From: a bacterium
GTDB lineage: Bacteria > Sysuimicrobiota > Sysuimicrobiia > Sysuimicrobiales > Segetimicrobiaceae
Direction of reading: 5' to 3'
DNA: 64,000 bases
NCBI GenBank assembly: GCA_035295165.1
Contig: DATGJN010000033.1
Coordinates: 27,959-91,958 of the forward strand
The notes below the pieces were generated by a model, which saw nothing but the letters and a program-made list of their open reading frames with translations, was not told where the DNA came from and did not search any database. The translations under genes and the position numbers were made by a program. Positions 36,412-46,686 of the stretch are shown in pieces. The first letter of the stretch is position 1. Each line of letters starts with the position of its first letter.

Positions 36412-36731
36412 TTTGCCTCTCCCCCCTCCTCCGCATCATCCTGTGCTTACGTTCTATGCCCTTACCGAAAAGCATTCAGCGCCCTTGTGAGGTTCGAGAG
36501 ACCCGTTTATCGGAGTTTTCCTCAGCGAGGAGCGCTCGAAGTCGCCCCGAGTGCCCAGGCCCGAACGACAGTTCCCGCGCACCCGGCGCGCCCAGGACGC
36601 CGATGCTGGACGGGACCTTCGGTCCAAGGGGAGAAGGCGGGGGCATGGGGTCGAGCTCGTAATCCCCTGTCCCAGTCCCATGCAACGGCCCAATGAGGGC
36701 ATCCTAGCAACGAGCAGGGGGAAGGGCGGGG

Positions 36732-37160
36732 CTACCTGATCCGGCCGACGTCGATCTGGTAGACGAGCTTGGCCGCGACGAGCCCCGGTCGAGCGTAGAC
36801 CTCAGTGTGCGCGATCGCAAGGTCAAGCATCCGACCGAGTGCTGCCGTCGAGTCCCGGACGAGTTGAGCCGAGGTTATTGGGCGGCGCATCGGTCGGCGC
36901 CGGCGTTTGGGAGTGTGCCAGGAGATATGCGTGTGATTACCCCGCACACCGTGGAGGTCGATGATCTTAGCACGCTGGAGCCTGTGGAGCCTCGCGTGGA
37001 GTGCGGTGCCTCCGCCAATGGTGACGCCCGCAGCCTGGAGGTCCTCCCCCCACTTGGTAACTTCGACAATCACCCCGACTCCCGGCGTCGGCGGGAGCAC
37101 CTCCCGAAGGAGACTTATCAACCCCTCCCGATCGTGGGCCGTCATCACCGCCCCGTTCAT
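36732..37160 (-). pseudogene. Possible C-terminal fragment of a metallophosphoesterase gene
   Basis: …GGGTALHARLHRLQRAKIIDLHGVRGNHTHISWH resembles the GNH[DE]/GH motifs of calcineurin-like phosphoesterases; N-terminal motifs are absent. Weak call. Confidence 0.25.
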
Positions 37161-37718
37161 GGGTTCACTCTACGGCACACCCCCGGGACCACGCAACCCC
37201 ATAGATTGCCCCCGTTCCCGGACACACGGACCGGCTGTGGGCGATCCAAGACATGCACATCCCCCTTAGTAAGAACCCAGCATCCGCTTCGTGGGAGGAT
37301 AGACTCGGCCCCGATAGCCACACAAGAGGGAAGAGGGAGAGTCGGCCATCCAATACGGTCGGGGCTCATTCCAATCATGGCGGTTTGACGGGTCCTCATT
37401 TGGACCGGGGCCGATCAAGGATCACGAGCTCCTCGCCAAAGGAGAAGATCCCCGCCGATGTCGGTTTCCGACACGTCCCAGCACATGGGCGATTCGCCCA
37501 AACAAACTCTCCTAGACCCTTTCCATACTTCCGCTTCAGAGTGTCTACGCCGTTCTACGCCGTTCCGGTCATGCGTGTGACTTTGGATACGTGCGGATCG
37601 ACCGGGGATGGGGGCTGTTGGGGGGCAAGAAGGGGGCAGCAGAGTCAACGTCTACGAGCCGCTGCCAAGCGTTCGGGGACAGATAATCGAATTGGTAAGA
37701 ACTCTCGTGGTTTGGCGA

Positions 37719-38570
37719 TTACTGCGACGGCCACGAGAACGTCTGTGAGGCCCCAGCATTTTCATAGACGCGCATGTTCAATGCGACGTACTTGGTCCAC
37801 AGCCGCCAGATCGCTTGCCACTGCTCGTCCCCCGCGGCAGGAGCGCGGACGGGTAGCCCTGCGGCGTGAGCTTCCTTCGCCCCAAAAATCGCTCGGTGGC
37901 TCTGCGGTACCTCGATCAACGGCTGGCGAAGTTTGGTCTGGAGCTCAGCGATCGCGTCGGAGGTGCGATCTGGGTTGCTCTCCAATGCCTCCTTGAGCAT
38001 GTCCGTCGTTCTCGCGAGCGCCGCTCTCGCCTGCTGAACGATGATGGCGGTGACGTCGCTTAGTAGCGAGGCATAGATCGGGTAAGTGGCCGGGGCGTTC
38101 TGCACGGCCAACGCTGCGCTTTCGACAGCTGCGATAATGTCCTTTGCCGCTACCAGCGGACCGTCGGCCTTGAGTTGCATCTGTGGATCGATGGGGCCCA
38201 GGTCGCTTGCAGGGCCCATGAGGATCTCGTGCGCCCCGAGCGCGATCAGAGTAGCCGCGCTTTTTGCTTGGTCGGGGACAATCACGGTGAACTTCTTGCA
38301 TCTGGCCTGGGCCGCTCGAAGGAGGCGAACCGCCGTCTCCCCATCGCCGCCCTGAGAGTAGAGCAGCAGATGCAGATCCTCCTTCGGGTCCGCGTCGTAG
38401 ACTAGCTCCTCGAATAGGGTGACACTGTAGGGGAGGATGTTGTCCGCCATGACGATGAGGCGGCAGCCGCATTTCTCTTGGTAGGTGCGGATCAGCGATT
38501 GCCGGTCGTAACGCGGGGCGTTCTGGGCGTGATAGAGCGGACTCTGACTTGGTCCGCCGGTCTCTGTCAT
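37719..38570 (-). CDS. SDH-family (ClpP/crotonase-fold, S49-like) serine protease
   Basis: LLLYSQGGDGETAVRLL…IVPDQAKSAATLIALGAHEILMGPASDLGPIDPQ pattern of the 'serine dehydrogenase proteinase' ClpP-class family. Confidence 0.6.
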   Translation of the reverse strand: MTETGGPSQSPLYHAQNAPRYDRQSLIRTYQEKCGCRLIVMADNILPYSVTLFEELVYDADPKEDLHLLLYSQGGDGETAVRLLRAAQARCKKFTVIVPDQAKSAATLIALGAHEILMGPASDLGPIDPQMQLKADGPLVAAKDIIAAVESAALAVQNAPATYPIYASLLSDVTAIIVQQARAALARTTDMLKEALESNPDRTSDAIAELQTKLRQPLIEVPQSHRAIFGAKEAHAAGLPVRAPAAGDEQWQAIWRLWTKYVALNMRVYENAGASQTFSWPSQ

Positions 38571-38842
38571 GTGGGGCTGAGCCGGGTAATCACCGCCGTT
38601 GGCTTGCCCTTACGCTGCCGGATACCTGCCTCGCGCGCCTCCTTCGCCCGCTGGATCCGCTCGTACCAGTCGGGATCCGGGGGTGTCGCCGGTTCAATCG
38701 GTACTGCTGGCGGGGACTGAGGATGTTTCCCGTCCTTGGGCGGTATGCCCATCGCGCCACCCCGCATGTGCGACTTGCCAACCGAGCCCGTGTCTTCTTT
38801 CCCGAACGGGTCAGATGCTTCCTGCCCTCTGCCGCCCGGGCG

Positions 38843-39064
38843 TCATCGCATTGGCCCCCGCCACCCACGAATTGTGCGCGAGGGAGTGGCTCTCGTCTCT
38901 CGGACGTGTTCCCTTCGTGCATCTCGGGCATCCGTGACGACGGGAACTCCGTGGGCGCGCTTGGCGCAATCAGTCGAACAGAACTTGTCCCCGTCCTGCA
39001 CGGCCATCGGAGGCAGGGGCTTGCCACAGACCACGCACCGTGGAAGCGTGTCCAGGTCAATCAC
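38843..39064 (-). CDS. Small zinc-ribbon protein (C-x2-C…C-x3-C)
   Basis: GTG start; CVVCGKPLPP…DKFCSTDCAKRA. Confidence 0.35.
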   Translation of the reverse strand: MIDLDTLPRCVVCGKPLPPMAVQDGDKFCSTDCAKRAHGVPVVTDARDARREHVRETRATPSRTIRGWRGPMR

Positions 39065-39473
39065 GGTCGCGCCCCCACGAGGGGCTAAACGACAACGCGG
39101 GACCGCTTCCGGAACTGGCCGCGAGCTCCACGGACCATCCGATGCGCCCCGGTACTCCGCCGGCCGGGACTCCCGATCGAGCCTGCGAGCGCCCCAACGG
39201 GATGCGTGAGCGGTCCACGGGTCAACGAGCCAGTGCGCTTGCCTGCTTTGCTGGGCAGTTTCCGCCCCCTACCGGACATCCGTCCTTTCCTCGCCATGTC
39301 GCTCTACCTCCGAAGATGTTCGAATCGACCATTTCTCGTTGGGTCCCTGACTCATCAACCCGCTGAGGACGGCTAGCCCCCAGGAGTCGTTTTAGGCCTC
39401 CGAGGGTGCCGGGGATACGGAGATACCCGACCTCTCGAAAGGGCGACGGGGGCGCCCCGCCAGGCCTTGGTAA

Positions 39474-40013
39474 TCAAGGGCTCCCGAGGACCGATTTTTC
39501 CAAAACGTCTACCGTCGGACTCACTTTGGCCCCATTCGCCCGGCGCTTCCAGGCTTTCTTCCGATCGAGCTCGGCCTTCCGCCGGTGCCACTCGCAATAC
39601 TTGGCGTTCGGCCCCATCGAAGCGACCCGCTTCAGACACCGTGCCCCCGTCGTTTCATCCCGCCACTGGCATATCCGCGTCCGGGCTCGCTCGCCGAACT
39701 GGACATGACGGCGGTAAGCCTCGGCAAAGTCAGGATCGTACACGGACGGGTCGTAAGCGGCCGATTCCAGAATGGGGAGCACATACCCCTCGAAGGCGGG
39801 ACACCTTCCGCCCGGCGTTTGGAAGACCACGCACGTTTGCCCGAAGGCCTTTCCGCACGCCGGTTCCAAACAGACATGCTGTGCGCCGCCCAGGACGTCG
39901 TGATGCCCGGCCACCAACGCCCGGACCAACTTCCGCACCCGGGCCAGGATCGTCCCATCCCGAATGCCGGCCGTCTCGCGCGCGTCTTGACGCCCGGGCG
40001 AGGAGCCGTCCAT
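39474..40013 (-). CDS. Cys/His-rich hypothetical protein (179 aa), possible zinc-binding
   Basis: Multiple Cys/His clusters (HVCLEPACGKAF, GRCPAF, CQW…C…YCEWHRRK); start overlaps the stop of the upstream Gly-rich gene by 1 nt. Confidence 0.4.
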   Translation of the reverse strand: MDGSSPGRQDARETAGIRDGTILARVRKLVRALVAGHHDVLGGAQHVCLEPACGKAFGQTCVVFQTPGGRCPAFEGYVLPILESAAYDPSVYDPDFAEAYRRHVQFGERARTRICQWRDETTGARCLKRVASMGPNAKYCEWHRRKAELDRKKAWKRRANGAKVSPTVDVLEKSVLGSP

Positions 40014-41020
40014 TAGAGGCCTCCCTGGTCCCCGCCGACGTCGTTCCCCCCGCCGCCGATGCCGCCACCCGCCCCAGCATCAGGGGCACCGCCTCCGGTT
40101 CCGTCCCCACTCGCTCCGTCACCCTGTCCGTCGCCGTAGGCGCCAGTGTCTCCTTGCCCTGCTACCCCCAAAGGATCTCCTTGCGCGGTCCCGCTATACC
40201 CAGGACCGCCGCCGACTTGCGTGTTTGGCGCCTCTGCCTGTCCGCTGCCACTCCCACCGCCACTGCCTGCCCCCGCCGGGGCCGTGCTGTAGCCCGTGTC
40301 GATGCCTAATGCTGCCGGGCTCTGAGGGATCTGCGTGCCGATCGGGGAACCCTGCCAAGACCCCGGAGGGGCTGGCGCATTCTGCGGGAGCAGATTCAGC
40401 ATCCCGAAGGCAAGCGGGCCAAGCGGTCCCATGAGCGCGGATAGCCCCGCTTTGAGTGCCTGCGGGACCTGGCCGAGATTCCCGTAGGTCGCCATGTTCG
40501 AGGTCGGGGCCCCGAACGCCGCCACGTTCCCACCTTGGCCTCCACCGCCTCCCGTGTTGAGAGTGCTGAACGCTGCTCCGGTCCCGAGCCCCCCGGTGTT
40601 GCCAATGCCGCCTCCACCCCCCGTGAGGCTCCCGGATCTTGCGCCAGGAAGCGTGGAGGGCAGCCCATAGCCAAACGCTTGGGACGCCTGCGGGCCCCCC
40701 GAGAGGAGCTGGATTGCGAGTTGGGGATTCTGGATCAAGGACTGGAGGAGTCCTGGTTGCGACTGAAGCATCTGGCCGAGCGTGAAGGCGGACAGAGGGA
40801 GATTCGAGGTCCCGCCAGCGCCGGGGGTCGTGAACACGCTCGGGCGTCCATACCCCGTCCCGGGCTGAATCCCGGTGAGCATCCCGGTGGTGCCACTGCC
40901 GGTCCCGCTCAACATCGCGGCGATCTGAGCGCTTAGGAGGCCGGGGGTTCCTGAACCGACGGCCGGAGTGTAGAGGCCGCCTGGTGTTGCGAAGGTCGTC
41001 CCTGTATTCCCGCCGCCCAT
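40013..41020 (-). CDS. Gly/Ser/Thr/Gln-rich low-complexity protein (335 aa)
   Basis: ATG at 41020 with GGGGAGGG upstream; long GGxGG/GTG repeats; no signal peptide recognised. Confidence 0.5.
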   Translation of the reverse strand: MGGGNTGTTFATPGGLYTPAVGSGTPGLLSAQIAAMLSGTGSGTTGMLTGIQPGTGYGRPSVFTTPGAGGTSNLPLSAFTLGQMLQSQPGLLQSLIQNPQLAIQLLSGGPQASQAFGYGLPSTLPGARSGSLTGGGGGIGNTGGLGTGAAFSTLNTGGGGGQGGNVAAFGAPTSNMATYGNLGQVPQALKAGLSALMGPLGPLAFGMLNLLPQNAPAPPGSWQGSPIGTQIPQSPAALGIDTGYSTAPAGAGSGGGSGSGQAEAPNTQVGGGPGYSGTAQGDPLGVAGQGDTGAYGDGQGDGASGDGTGGGAPDAGAGGGIGGGGNDVGGDQGGL

Positions 41021-41386
41021 GCCCGGTACCCTCCCCTTGTGCCGGAGGAGCAGGGGCGGCGGCGATCCGTCCCGCTCTCGCTACAGACGCTTTGTGTCCA
41101 GTCGGTGCTCTAACGCTCTAACCGCCTCACGGCTTGCTACCTAGCGCTAGGCTATGCGTTGAAGTAATCATGCCATAGAGACGAGGAATTGGCAAGCGGG
41201 CTCCATGAGACGACCCCGGAGAGGAGAGGGGACCCGCTCGGCCATGTTCGCGAATCGAACTTAGGCAAGGAGCCCCTATCCGTTGGGCGATTCGCCCCTA
41301 GTCGGGGCTCGTACCCTCCGTGCGTCCGTGGGGGCCGTGTGGTGGACTCGATCAAGCGAGAAGGACCTGCTGTCGTGGCGGCGCTA

Positions 41387-41406
41387 AAATCCTCCCCCCG
41401 CTACCA
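41387..41406 (+). repeat. attR: degenerate copy of tRNA-fMet 3' end bounding the island
   Basis: See attL; a single G-to-C difference. Confidence 0.6.
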
Positions 41407-41957
41407 CCTGTACGGCAAGGAAAACCCGCTCCAGCGCATGGCTGGGGTGGGTTTTCTGCTGCCCGGGCGTCGGACAGGAATTGCTCGCATTTGTTGGGAA
41501 TTAGCGGCATTTCGAGGCCGAGGCGTGCGAGGGCACGCCTGGTTGTCGCTGTCCACTCAACGCCTGGGTGGTTCATGACTCCGTTATCGCAAGAGCAAGA
41601 GGGTGGATCGAACGCAAACGGCGACAACGAGTAACGATGCCCAGAGCGCCACGGATGTGTGAACAATCAGTCCAAGCATGCGAGGGTCAGCGTCGTTGTG
41701 AACGAGAAAACTGAAATATCTCGCGCATTGGAAACAAAGACCTCATCGAGGTCACGGCGTTGCGAATCTGTTATTAGTGCCTGAATTCCATACACGCGCC
41801 CTCGCGGCACGTGTCGAAAGTCCTGAGAGAGTTGGGCGCGAGCGGCTATTCGACGGATCTCTTCGGATTTCACTGCGGCCAATGAGTAGTGGGCTCGATC
41901 GAGACCTTGGGCCACGCCTTCAACATGATTGTGCCGAACGTCGTCCTTCCGTAGCTG

Positions 41958-42338
41958 TCATTCTAATTCAAGAGCAATGTCATAGAACGCTTTCCTCAAG
42001 AACGCTGCTTGGTTCATGTTGTAGGTCTCTGTCATTGAATACCGGTAATTGGCTACTGACATAACGATCGCAGTTAGCACAAGCAGCCCTGTGAACTCAG
42101 CAAGATATATGGCCTCGTAGGAACCACGGAAGCGAGACCCCACTCCCAAGTACTCTAATGCGTAACCTGGAATCCAATGAGATACGAGTCGCATTGGAAC
42201 GGCCGTTGCAACTACGGCAACGACGAATGTGGCTGATGCAATAAGGACGGGTAAAGATTCGCGCAGGTGTTCAAATGCGACAAGAAGGTCGCGTCGAACG
42301 CGGTCTCGTGGAGATGAGGGTAGGCGATAAAATGGCAC
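41958..42338 (-). CDS. Hypothetical membrane protein (126 aa) in AT-richer segment
   Basis: Two predicted TM helices; markedly lower GC than the genome core. Confidence 0.35.
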   Translation of the reverse strand: MPFYRLPSSPRDRVRRDLLVAFEHLRESLPVLIASATFVVAVVATAVPMRLVSHWIPGYALEYLGVGSRFRGSYEAIYLAEFTGLLVLTAIVMSVANYRYSMTETYNMNQAAFLRKAFYDIALELE

Positions 42339-42493
42339 GATGTACGCTTTGGACCGCTAGGGGCTATGTCCTTGAACCGACGTAGCGACGGGCTTCGGTG
42401 CTGTCTTCCCCGGCGACGACTCGGGAGCGGGCTCCGCGATCACCACTGTATTCGAGCGTGGCCGAGACGCAGTGACGCTAAACGATCGCACTG

Positions 42494-42886
42494 ATGGGCG
42501 AGGATTGGCTCCCGAACAGCGTCGCCGTGAATCGCAAGGTGATCCAGACGTTTCTCGACGAGCAGGTCGCGCGGGCGCTCATCGCCAAGCCGCTCGCCTT
42601 CGAGGCGCTCTTGTCGGAATTCGAGGGAGCAGTGGGGGAAGATGTTCGGTATGTGCCCAACCTGTTCATCGGTGGCAAGGCGTTCGCGGGGCTCTACGGC
42701 GACGCGATGGTGTTCAAACTCGACGGGCCAACGCATGCACGGACTCTGGCGCTTTCGCGAACGCCGTTGTTCGATCCATCCGGGCGCGGCCGATCCATGA
42801 AGGCGTGGGTCCAGGTTCCTCTCCGACACACGACTAAATGGCCAACGTTAACACGTGAGGCGCTGCGAGCCATCTCCGAGCAGTAA
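42494..42886 (+). CDS. TfoX-N/YjbR-like small protein (tentative)
   Basis: …RYVPNLFIGGKAFAGLYGDAMVFKLDGPTHARTLALSR…AWVQVPL resembles the TfoX N-terminal/MmcQ-YjbR fold pattern; weak. Confidence 0.35.
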   Translation: MGEDWLPNSVAVNRKVIQTFLDEQVARALIAKPLAFEALLSEFEGAVGEDVRYVPNLFIGGKAFAGLYGDAMVFKLDGPTHARTLALSRTPLFDPSGRGRSMKAWVQVPLRHTTKWPTLTREALRAISEQ

Positions 42887-43195
42887 CCGGGGCGCGGTGC
42901 CGCATGTGTAATGAGATTGCCAGTAAGTTTGATCTTGGCCACTTATCCTTCGGAATCGGGGGAAGCAAATAAGCGTACCCGTCGTGCGCGGAGACGCCTC
43001 TCGCTCATCACGATGAGTTAGGTTTCTATTTCACCAGTCAGGTAGATGCGGCGAAACCCTCAGCGGAGCTCAACTGCCTCCGCTGTTTACTGAGGGCGAG
43101 TCCCGCCTCTACCTCGCAGCACCGATACCGACCCTCGCGCAACTTCACATGCGAGAGCGTTGGTCTTAGGAGTAAATTGCCCTCAACCACGTTCG

Positions 43196-43441
43196 TCAAC
43201 TCGCGGACGAACGCTGCCCTTGTCGTCGTCGATAACCTACGATTGCGCTGACGGCAAGTGCCACACCGATGGCTAAAGGTATGCCAACAAGCAAACGCTC
43301 AATGGAACCGCTTCCCGCGTCGGGGTCGATTCCAAATCGCTCTTCGATCCAGTCCTGAGGCAGGATCGCAAACAAGACGCCCACGGCTGTTGCAATCGCC
43401 GAAGCAGCTGCCTGAGTCTGTACCGACAGCCATTTCCTCAT
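43196..43441 (-). CDS. Small membrane protein (81 aa)
   Basis: Two hydrophobic helices; no known domain. Confidence 0.3.
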   Translation of the reverse strand: MRKWLSVQTQAAASAIATAVGVLFAILPQDWIEERFGIDPDAGSGSIERLLVGIPLAIGVALAVSAIVGYRRRQGQRSSAS

Positions 43442-43619
43442 ATCAATCCCTCCTTAAACTCGTCTCGTTGAATCTAGTACGCTCGTCCTGCTTATCCCGC
43501 ATACGCATACTGGCCGCATACTGGCTAGTGTTCTGGCCGGTGCGGTTGAGCAAGATTTTCGCTGAAGGCCCGCTGAAGGGCGCGCTTTCCCAGTAGGCTC
43601 TGCCCTTCGCTTGACATTG

Positions 43620-44831
43620 CTACCATGGCAGCGGGGCTACTGGCGGTTCCGGTGTGTAATGCTTGCCCGCCTTGAACACGTGGCGCACACGCCGCGTTGC
43701 TGAAATGTCCTCGAGTGGGTGCCCTTCAAGAAGTACAATATCCGCTTCCTTTCCTCGCGTGAGGGTCCCAAGTGTATCCGCCCATCCCATGAGCTCCGCG
43801 CAACTGATCGTGGCCGCCCGTAAGGCCTGCTCGGGGCTCAGGCCTACTTGCACCATGAGTTCAAGCTCCAGAGCGAGCTCGTGATGGAACACGCGTGGAG
43901 CCCCGGTATCGGTTCCGGTTGCGAACTTGACGCCAGCTCGGGCAGCATTCATGAAGTACTCTATCTTCCGATCCCACACGCGCCTGGCGATATCCACGAG
44001 TCCAGGATCAAGGCCGATCTCACGACCTTCTTGGGAGAGTTTCCAATACGCAGCAAATGTCGGCACAATATAGACGCCGCGGGCGATCAGGAGATCGACC
44101 ACGTCATTGGGCAGTTCTGTCGCGTGTTCGATCGAACGCACGCCAGCCTTCACCGCAGCGCGTGTCGCCACAGCGGGATGTGAGTGGACGGTTACCCACC
44201 GTCCAGCCTTGCGGGCCTCGTCAACCGCGGCCTCTAACTCCTCCTCCGTGTATTCCATAGCGAATGGGTCCTCGGTCGCCTGCATTACACCACCGCTAGC
44301 AATCAGCTTGATTCCGTCAGCGCCTGCGGCGATTTGCTCGCGGACGGCACGCCGGAGCGCTTCAACGCCATCTACTGATTCACTGAGCCCGCTACCATGC
44401 CCACCACTGTGACCAAGCCAGCGGCCGCACGCTAGCATTCTCGGACCCGGGACGAGGCCAAGGTTAATTGCCTTCTTGAGCTGCAGATCGATGTGGGCGT
44501 GTCCGCCGATGTCCCGCCACATCGTGATCCCGGCGTGTAGCGCATTCCTAGCGAAGGCAGTTGCCTGGATCGCCTTGAGCGTGTGAGGTTGCGCGTTGAC
44601 GGGCGCCGTGTCCATGGTGTGCATATATGCAGTAATGTGCCCGTGCATCTGCCCCATACCAGGAATCGCGGTCAGTCCCTCAGCATCCAGGACATTACTT
44701 CCGTGTCGTCTCGGAGGTAGCGTGTGGATCGCCGCGATCTTCGTTCCCTCGATCTCGATCGCCCCACACTCGATCACAGGGTCCTCCATTGAAATGATGC
44801 GGCAGTTGCTGATTGTCAGCACCTTGATCAC
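43620..44831 (-). CDS. Amidohydrolase family metal-dependent hydrolase
   Basis: GTG start at 44831; TIM-barrel amidohydrolase motifs (GMGQMHGHI, GIKLIASGG, VTVHSH, ATGTDTG); last gene of the minus-strand transporter operon. Confidence 0.8.
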   Translation of the reverse strand: MIKVLTISNCRIISMEDPVIECGAIEIEGTKIAAIHTLPPRRHGSNVLDAEGLTAIPGMGQMHGHITAYMHTMDTAPVNAQPHTLKAIQATAFARNALHAGITMWRDIGGHAHIDLQLKKAINLGLVPGPRMLACGRWLGHSGGHGSGLSESVDGVEALRRAVREQIAAGADGIKLIASGGVMQATEDPFAMEYTEEELEAAVDEARKAGRWVTVHSHPAVATRAAVKAGVRSIEHATELPNDVVDLLIARGVYIVPTFAAYWKLSQEGREIGLDPGLVDIARRVWDRKIEYFMNAARAGVKFATGTDTGAPRVFHHELALELELMVQVGLSPEQALRAATISCAELMGWADTLGTLTRGKEADIVLLEGHPLEDISATRRVRHVFKAGKHYTPEPPVAPLPW

Positions 44832-44843
44832 CTCTGTCGTTCA

Positions 44844-45740
44844 TCAACGAGTGGCAAAGCGCGGGTCGAGGGCGTCGTGCAACCAGTCGCCGACGAGATT
44901 TGTCGCCAAGACGGTCAACATGATCGCCGCACCGGGGAAGGTCGCAAGCCACCAGGCGACTGACATGTACTGGGCACCGTCCGTCAGCATCCCGCCCCAA
45001 CTCGTGAGGTTAGCGGGCACGCCAAGACCGAGAAACGTCAGGGCCGCCTCGGTCGTAATCATCCCGCCGAGCGAGAAGCTCGCGATCGTTAGCGTGGACG
45101 GCAATATGTTCGGGAGGACGTGGTGCTGCAAGATCCGTTGGTGCGAGGCACCCAGAGCCCGAGCCGCTTCGACGAAGTCTCGCTGACGAATTCCGAGGAC
45201 GCGGCTTCGGGCCACTCGCGCGTACCCTACCCAGCCCGAAAAGGCGAGTACCGCGATCAAATTCCTAACCCCAGCGCCCAGGACGGCGACAATCGCTAGA
45301 CTTAGGAGAATTGAAGGGAATGCGAGTTGAACGTCCGTGATGCGCATCAGCAAATCGTCCCAAGCGCGACCGTAATAGCCACTGAATATTCCAACCAAGG
45401 TTCCGAGTGTCGCAGACAGCACGACCGCGCTGACCCCGACGAAGAGTGAAACGCGAGCACCGTAAATGACGCGGCTGAGGATGTCCCGGCCCAACTGATC
45501 TGTCCCGAGCCAATAGATGTGCCCTGCGCTCATAGAGAGTGGCGGGGCGAGGCGGTTCACAATGTCTTGGTTCCCTGGGTCCATCGGAGCGATTTTCGAG
45601 GCGAGCAGGGCCAATGCACACGCGGCTCCGAGCAGGACTAGACCGATACTCGCTCCAGGATCGCTCAGCGCCCATCGAGAGCTTGCGGGTTTCCTCGAAG
45701 GGCGAACCGTCTGCGATCGGACAGGGAGTCGCAGCGCCAT
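44844..45740 (-). CDS. ABC transporter permease (DppC/OppC-type)
   Basis: ATG at 45740 overlapping the upstream permease stop (TAATG); EAA-loop region and conserved C-terminus NLVGDWLHDALDPR. Confidence 0.85.
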   Translation of the reverse strand: MALRLPVRSQTVRPSRKPASSRWALSDPGASIGLVLLGAACALALLASKIAPMDPGNQDIVNRLAPPLSMSAGHIYWLGTDQLGRDILSRVIYGARVSLFVGVSAVVLSATLGTLVGIFSGYYGRAWDDLLMRITDVQLAFPSILLSLAIVAVLGAGVRNLIAVLAFSGWVGYARVARSRVLGIRQRDFVEAARALGASHQRILQHHVLPNILPSTLTIASFSLGGMITTEAALTFLGLGVPANLTSWGGMLTDGAQYMSVAWWLATFPGAAIMLTVLATNLVGDWLHDALDPRFATR

Positions 45741-46657
45741 TAGCTGTATCGGATCCGAGGGTCTAGCCACGCATATAGCAAATCTGTCACTAGCGTCGCT
45801 AGCACGAAGACCGTTGCCGCGAACAGCACGGTCGCTTGTACTACTGGGAAATCGCGGGCAAAGATCGCTTGGACAGCGAGTCGACCCATCCCAGGCCAAG
45901 AAAACACGGTCTCCGCGACTGCCGCGCCCCCGAGGAGCGTCCCCAGTTCAAGCCCAATCCAGGTTACAAGGGGCAGAGATGCATTCCGTAGCGCGTGCCG
46001 GCCGATGACGACGGTCTCACGAAGTCCCTTCGCCCTCGCGGTGCGCAGGTAGTCTTCCGCCACCACATCGAGGACCGACGCCCGTGTCAGGCGCGTAATC
46101 CCTGCGGACGAAAACACGCCAAGCACGGTGGCGGGCAGGACTAAGTGTCGCACGCCGCCGATTCCGCCGGTTGGAAGCCATCGGAGAAACACCCCGAACA
46201 CGAGGATCGCGAGGAGCCCCAACCAGAAGGTGGGCATCGATTGGCCGATGATCGAGAATAGCAGGGCGCCACGATCGACGGTGGTTCGTCGATGTAGGGC
46301 GGCCAGAACTCCGAGCGGGATGGCGAGCCCGACTGCGAGGCTCAGCGCGGTGAGGGCAAGTTCGGCAGTGGCGGGCACGCGTTCGAGCACGAGGGCGAGT
46401 GCGGGTACGTCTTGCCGCACCGAGAGTCCAAGGTCTCCATGAAGCGCGCCGCGGACGAACATCGTGTATTGGAACCATAGTGGTCGGTCCAAACCGAACG
46501 CGTGCCGCATTGCTGTAATCTGCGCCTGACTCGCCTGGAACGGAAGCAGCAGAGCGACCGGATCGCCAATGACGTGTGTCAACAAGAAGACGAGGACGGA
46601 GATCCCCACCAGCACAAAGACAGCCTGCAAGAGTCGTCGAGCGATGTAGCGCTGCAC
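45740..46657 (-). CDS. ABC transporter permease (DppB/OppB-type)
   Basis: MQRYIARRLLQAVFVLVGISVLVFLL… typical DppB N-terminus; YLRTARAKGL EAA motif. Confidence 0.85.
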   Translation of the reverse strand: MQRYIARRLLQAVFVLVGISVLVFLLTHVIGDPVALLLPFQASQAQITAMRHAFGLDRPLWFQYTMFVRGALHGDLGLSVRQDVPALALVLERVPATAELALTALSLAVGLAIPLGVLAALHRRTTVDRGALLFSIIGQSMPTFWLGLLAILVFGVFLRWLPTGGIGGVRHLVLPATVLGVFSSAGITRLTRASVLDVVAEDYLRTARAKGLRETVVIGRHALRNASLPLVTWIGLELGTLLGGAAVAETVFSWPGMGRLAVQAIFARDFPVVQATVLFAATVFVLATLVTDLLYAWLDPRIRYS

Positions 46658-46686
46658 GTTCCGCGATGCTCCTTAGACGTGGTCCG

